Shown: positions 15,389 through 18,491 of the stretch, piece by piece
Position numbering within the stretch: position 1 is the first letter of the stretch
How the letters are laid out: each line of letters begins with the position of its first letter
Source of the DNA: Promethearchaeota archaeon
Lineage (GTDB): Archaea > Asgardarchaeota > Lokiarchaeia > Sigyniarchaeales > SOKP01
Reading direction: 5' to 3'
Length of the DNA: 18,491 nt
Assembly: GCA_048940645.1 (NCBI GenBank)
Contig: JBHLOI010000063.1
Location: 1-18,491, forward strand
Program-made: the position numbers and the translations under genes
The notes under the pieces: model-generated
The model's input: only the letters and a program-made list of their open reading frames with translations
Told to the model about the DNA's origin: nothing
Databases searched by the model: none

Positions 15389-15820
15389 ATGAAAGAAAAT
15401 AATGAAAACGATGAACAACATGAGTTGGAAAAAATTAGGTTAAAAAAGATGAAGGCTATTATGGATGCGAAAAAAAGAGAAGAAGCTGTTAAAGATAGAG
15501 TGGTTTCAATTTCAGAAAAAGTAGATTTTATTTTACGTACTGTATTAGCCCCTGATGCATATTCATACTTGAATAATATAAGAAATAAGGAACCGATGGT
15601 ATATCAACATATATATAATGAATTAGTTAGTCCAGATGTGATTCAAAATATCGATTACCTAATTGCTATAATTCGACAGAGAGGATCTGTTCCAAGAAAG
15701 ATCCCTCTAGACGTGATAATATATATAGAGAGAAAAGTTAAAGGAATTAAGGGTAAAATACAAGTAAAGAAAGGAGACGGTGAAATGATGGATTTAGGTT
15801 CATATTTGACTAAATCCTAA
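15389..15820 (+). CDS. PDCD5/TFAR19-like (MTH1615-type) protein, divergent
   Basis: 'ELEKIRLKKMKAI' and 'ILRTVLAPDAYSYLNNIRNKEP' parallel the PDCD5 consensus ELEEIRRRKLAEL...ILRQILTPEARERL.RI..VKPE. C-terminal 'KIQVKK'. Confidence 0.7.
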   Translation: MKENNENDEQHELEKIRLKKMKAIMDAKKREEAVKDRVVSISEKVDFILRTVLAPDAYSYLNNIRNKEPMVYQHIYNELVSPDVIQNIDYLIAIIRQRGSVPRKIPLDVIIYIERKVKGIKGKIQVKKGDGEMMDLGSYLTKS

Positions 15821-15848
15821 ATAATTTTATAAGTAAAAAATGAGTCTA

Positions 15849-16403
15849 CTATTGCTCTCTTGCTGAAATTACAGCAATAACTTCCCATTCTCCATTGGTA
15901 TATTGATTTGCATCAATACTAGAAAATTGAAAAGCAAAAGGTCTACCAAAAATTTGTTCCACCATGGGACTAAACGAGCTTACAGCAAAAATTAAAAGTC
16001 TTTTCAAAATTCCTTCAATTTTTCCTTCAATGTTTTGCTCACTCATTATCTCCTTGATAGCTTCAATTTCGCCATCGTTATATCTATATTTATATACTAA
16101 TTTAAAGTCAACTGGAGTTGGGGCTTCTGGTTCTTCGAGCATAATTCCCCTTTTTCTGAAGGGGAAGATTGTATTTAAATAAAATTTGAAAATTTCCTCG
16201 TGATGATCTCTTAAAAGATGCGATATTTTAAATCCTTCCTTATACTTTGGCCAGTACACTTCCATTATTTCTAAAAGTCGAGGATAATTTTTGTACTTAT
16301 TTTCACTTTCTTTTTTTAAATAATTTAGGAGTCTATTCTTAATTGGTTGGAATTCATTATCTTTTGCAACCCTAGCTACAAACTTTCTAAATCGCTGACT
16401 CAT
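15849..16403 (-). CDS. Hypothetical protein (184 aa)
   Basis: ATG-started ORF with typical composition that fills the gap between flanking genes. No motif recognised. Confidence 0.75.
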   Translation of the reverse strand: MSQRFRKFVARVAKDNEFQPIKNRLLNYLKKESENKYKNYPRLLEIMEVYWPKYKEGFKISHLLRDHHEEIFKFYLNTIFPFRKRGIMLEEPEAPTPVDFKLVYKYRYNDGEIEAIKEIMSEQNIEGKIEGILKRLLIFAVSSFSPMVEQIFGRPFAFQFSSIDANQYTNGEWEVIAVISAREQ

Positions 16404-16566
16404 TATTTCAGATAAAAATTAGTTTAGTAAGAACTATTTACTATTAACCTTATTTTTCTATATGATACTCTTATAATATAATTGTTTGGATTTAAAAGAA
16501 TTACTTTAGTACAACTTATAAAAAATTTATAAAACATTTATAGCAAATTTAATTCTTACTTATATC

Positions 16567-17760
16567 ATGGTGGATAAAATTGGATTAATCTATACTCCGC
16601 GGTATATGGAATATAATTTTGGACAAGACCACCCATTACGTCCCCTAAGATTAAAGCTTACTTATAGTCTTATGGAAAAGTTGGGACTATTAAACCATAA
16701 ATTATTAGAAATTTTTGAACCTAGCGAAGCTTCAAGAGAAGAGATTGAAAGAGTTCACTCCTCAGATTATGTTGATGTTGTCAAAAAATTGAGTAAAAAC
16801 ATAAATGATAGAACAGTCCAACCTTATGTGTATGGGTTAGGTCCTGGAGATAATCCAATTTTTAAAGGGATGTATGAAGCATCTGCGTTAGTTTGTGGAG
16901 CTAGTATAAAGGCAGCGGAATTGGTTTGGAATAATAATGATATCGTCCATGCTTTTAATCCAGCAGGAGGTCTTCATCATGCTTATAAAAATAAAGCATC
17001 AGGATTTTGTATTTTTAATGATATTGCTGTAGCCATAAAATATCTTAAAACCTTAAAGAAAGACATCAGAATTGCATACTTAGATATAGATGCTCACCAC
17101 GGTGATGGTGTTCAATGGTTATTTTATGATGATCCAAAGGTACTGACCATCTCTTTCCATGAAAGTGGAAAATTTTTATTCCCAGGAACAGGTAATCCTG
17201 ATGAAAATGGAGAGGGAAAAGGAAAAGGATATTCTATTAATTTTCCACTATTACCAGGAACAACAAATAAAATGTTTATAAAACTTTTTAGGTATTGCGT
17301 ACCAAGAATTTTAGAAGTATATGCTCCGGATATATTATTTACTCAATTAGGTGTAGATATGCATTATAATGATCCTCTTACCCAAATGGGTATATCTATT
17401 TCCGCTTATAGAGATATTGCTCAAACTATGGAAACAAGCGTTAGAGATTATTGTCAAAATAAATGGGTTGCGGTGGGAGGAGGAGGTTATTTAATATCAG
17501 TTGTGCCACGCGCATGGTCTCTCTTTTTAGCAAAAATGCTACATGTAGAATTGCCAAATGAATTACCTGCAAGTTGGGTACGTGAAGTAAAAGAACTGGT
17601 TCCTTATGAAGAAACACCGTATTTATTATGGGATAGAAACGATAAAGCAGAAATAGAGTTATTATCTCATCCCGAAATTGCTAAAAAAATGATTGACTAT
17701 AATAAAGATCTTAAAATTTTATGCGAAGAAAAATATCTTCCAGATCTTATAAAAGTGTAA
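16567..17760 (+). CDS. acuC: Class I histone deacetylase / AcuC-family Zn-dependent deacetylase
   Basis: HPLRPLR, GPGDNP, GGLHHA, SGFCIFND, DIDAHHGDGVQ, FPGTG, GVDMHYNDPL, GGGGY. Confidence 0.92.
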   Translation: MVDKIGLIYTPRYMEYNFGQDHPLRPLRLKLTYSLMEKLGLLNHKLLEIFEPSEASREEIERVHSSDYVDVVKKLSKNINDRTVQPYVYGLGPGDNPIFKGMYEASALVCGASIKAAELVWNNNDIVHAFNPAGGLHHAYKNKASGFCIFNDIAVAIKYLKTLKKDIRIAYLDIDAHHGDGVQWLFYDDPKVLTISFHESGKFLFPGTGNPDENGEGKGKGYSINFPLLPGTTNKMFIKLFRYCVPRILEVYAPDILFTQLGVDMHYNDPLTQMGISISAYRDIAQTMETSVRDYCQNKWVAVGGGGYLISVVPRAWSLFLAKMLHVELPNELPASWVREVKELVPYEETPYLLWDRNDKAEIELLSHPEIAKKMIDYNKDLKILCEEKYLPDLIKV

Positions 17761-17774
17761 TTTAGAGAATTATA

Positions 17775-18473
17775 TTAATTAATAATTAAGTTATTCTTCT
17801 TTAGAATCCATTCCTCGATTAGAAATATTTGACTTGAGTCATCTTCTATGTTATAATTCGATTTAATTGTTGATTTTGGAATCCATATTTCTGTATCATT
17901 GTTAAAATTTAGTAAAAGAGCTCTTTCAGTCGAATTTTTAATGGAACCTTCGATTTGACTAGTTTTACCTTCATTAACTTCACTCTTCCCATTTGGAACA
18001 CCTTTAGATTTTGAGGTAATAACTTGATTATCATAAGTACTTGGTATCTTTTTACTCCCGGTAAAATTTGAGGTGGTAGCGTATTCTATTTTTTCTTTAA
18101 GAATATGTTTCAATAATAACCGTAGTAATTCAATTTGGGAATAATTTAAAATTTTGGAATATTTTCCAATCCTTATCAGGAGCCTCTTATCATTTTTTTC
18201 GTCCCATTTAAATGAAATCTGCGTTTTTGAATCATTAAAATTATGAAAACTTGACCATGCTTTCTCATTTTTTTTTAAGACCTGTAATATCATTATTAGT
18301 TCGTCTAAACTACATTTTATAGTCTTTCCTTCTCCTGCAGAGGGTTTTTCCCAACTTCCATTTTGTTTTTTCTGAATACATTTAAAATAAAGATAGGGAT
18401 CACTTCTCGAAGAGCTTAACAATGTTAAACCTGTTGATTGCCCAAAAAAACTTTGAGAATGTTTATCTACCAT
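17775..18473 (-). CDS. Hypothetical two-domain protein; N-terminal domain Whirly/PC4-like
   Basis: The ORF is clear; ATG 18473 is preferred over GTG 18482. The N-terminal ~130 aa show two beta-sheet + helix units. A low-complexity linker follows, then a small 'TERALL...WIPKS...EEWI' domain. The fold call is tentative. Confidence 0.6.
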   Translation of the reverse strand: MVDKHSQSFFGQSTGLTLLSSSRSDPYLYFKCIQKKQNGSWEKPSAGEGKTIKCSLDELIMILQVLKKNEKAWSSFHNFNDSKTQISFKWDEKNDKRLLIRIGKYSKILNYSQIELLRLLLKHILKEKIEYATTSNFTGSKKIPSTYDNQVITSKSKGVPNGKSEVNEGKTSQIEGSIKNSTERALLLNFNNDTEIWIPKSTIKSNYNIEDDSSQIFLIEEWILKKNNLIIN

Positions 18474-18491
18474 ATTTCTCACATACTTTTT

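Noticed and set aside
1-18491. CRISPR array, transposase, integrase or prophage
   Set aside because: No regularly spaced DNA repeats with unique spacers and no mobile-element protein motifs were seen. The periodicity in 3568-8520 is protein-level.

Overview
AT-rich archaeal chromosomal window, most likely Asgard (Lokiarchaeia-like). This is inferred from a Rab-like GTPase without a prenylation tail, a Uba2/Uba3-like E1, a UBC E2, a class I HDAC/AcuC, a PDCD5 homolog, a RACo-type corrinoid activator and an intron-containing C1:G72 tRNA-Tyr. The main hidden signal is missing from the ORF track: a 71-codon, two-TM gene on the minus strand (12488..12703). Its loop carries three in-frame TGA codons (x-G-x-G-G-x), and a SECIS-like stem-loop follows the TAA stop, making it a candidate new multi-selenocysteine membrane protein. 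Other points of note are a 1650-aa protein of 14 regularly spaced MIT/TPR-like modules just upstream of the E1, a 76-aa insertion in the E1, a Cdc34/Ubc7-length loop in the E2, a tRNA-Tyr with two introns and C54, a five-hairpin structured intergenic element, and a Whirly-like protein. All family calls come from motif recognition by eye; no searches were run.
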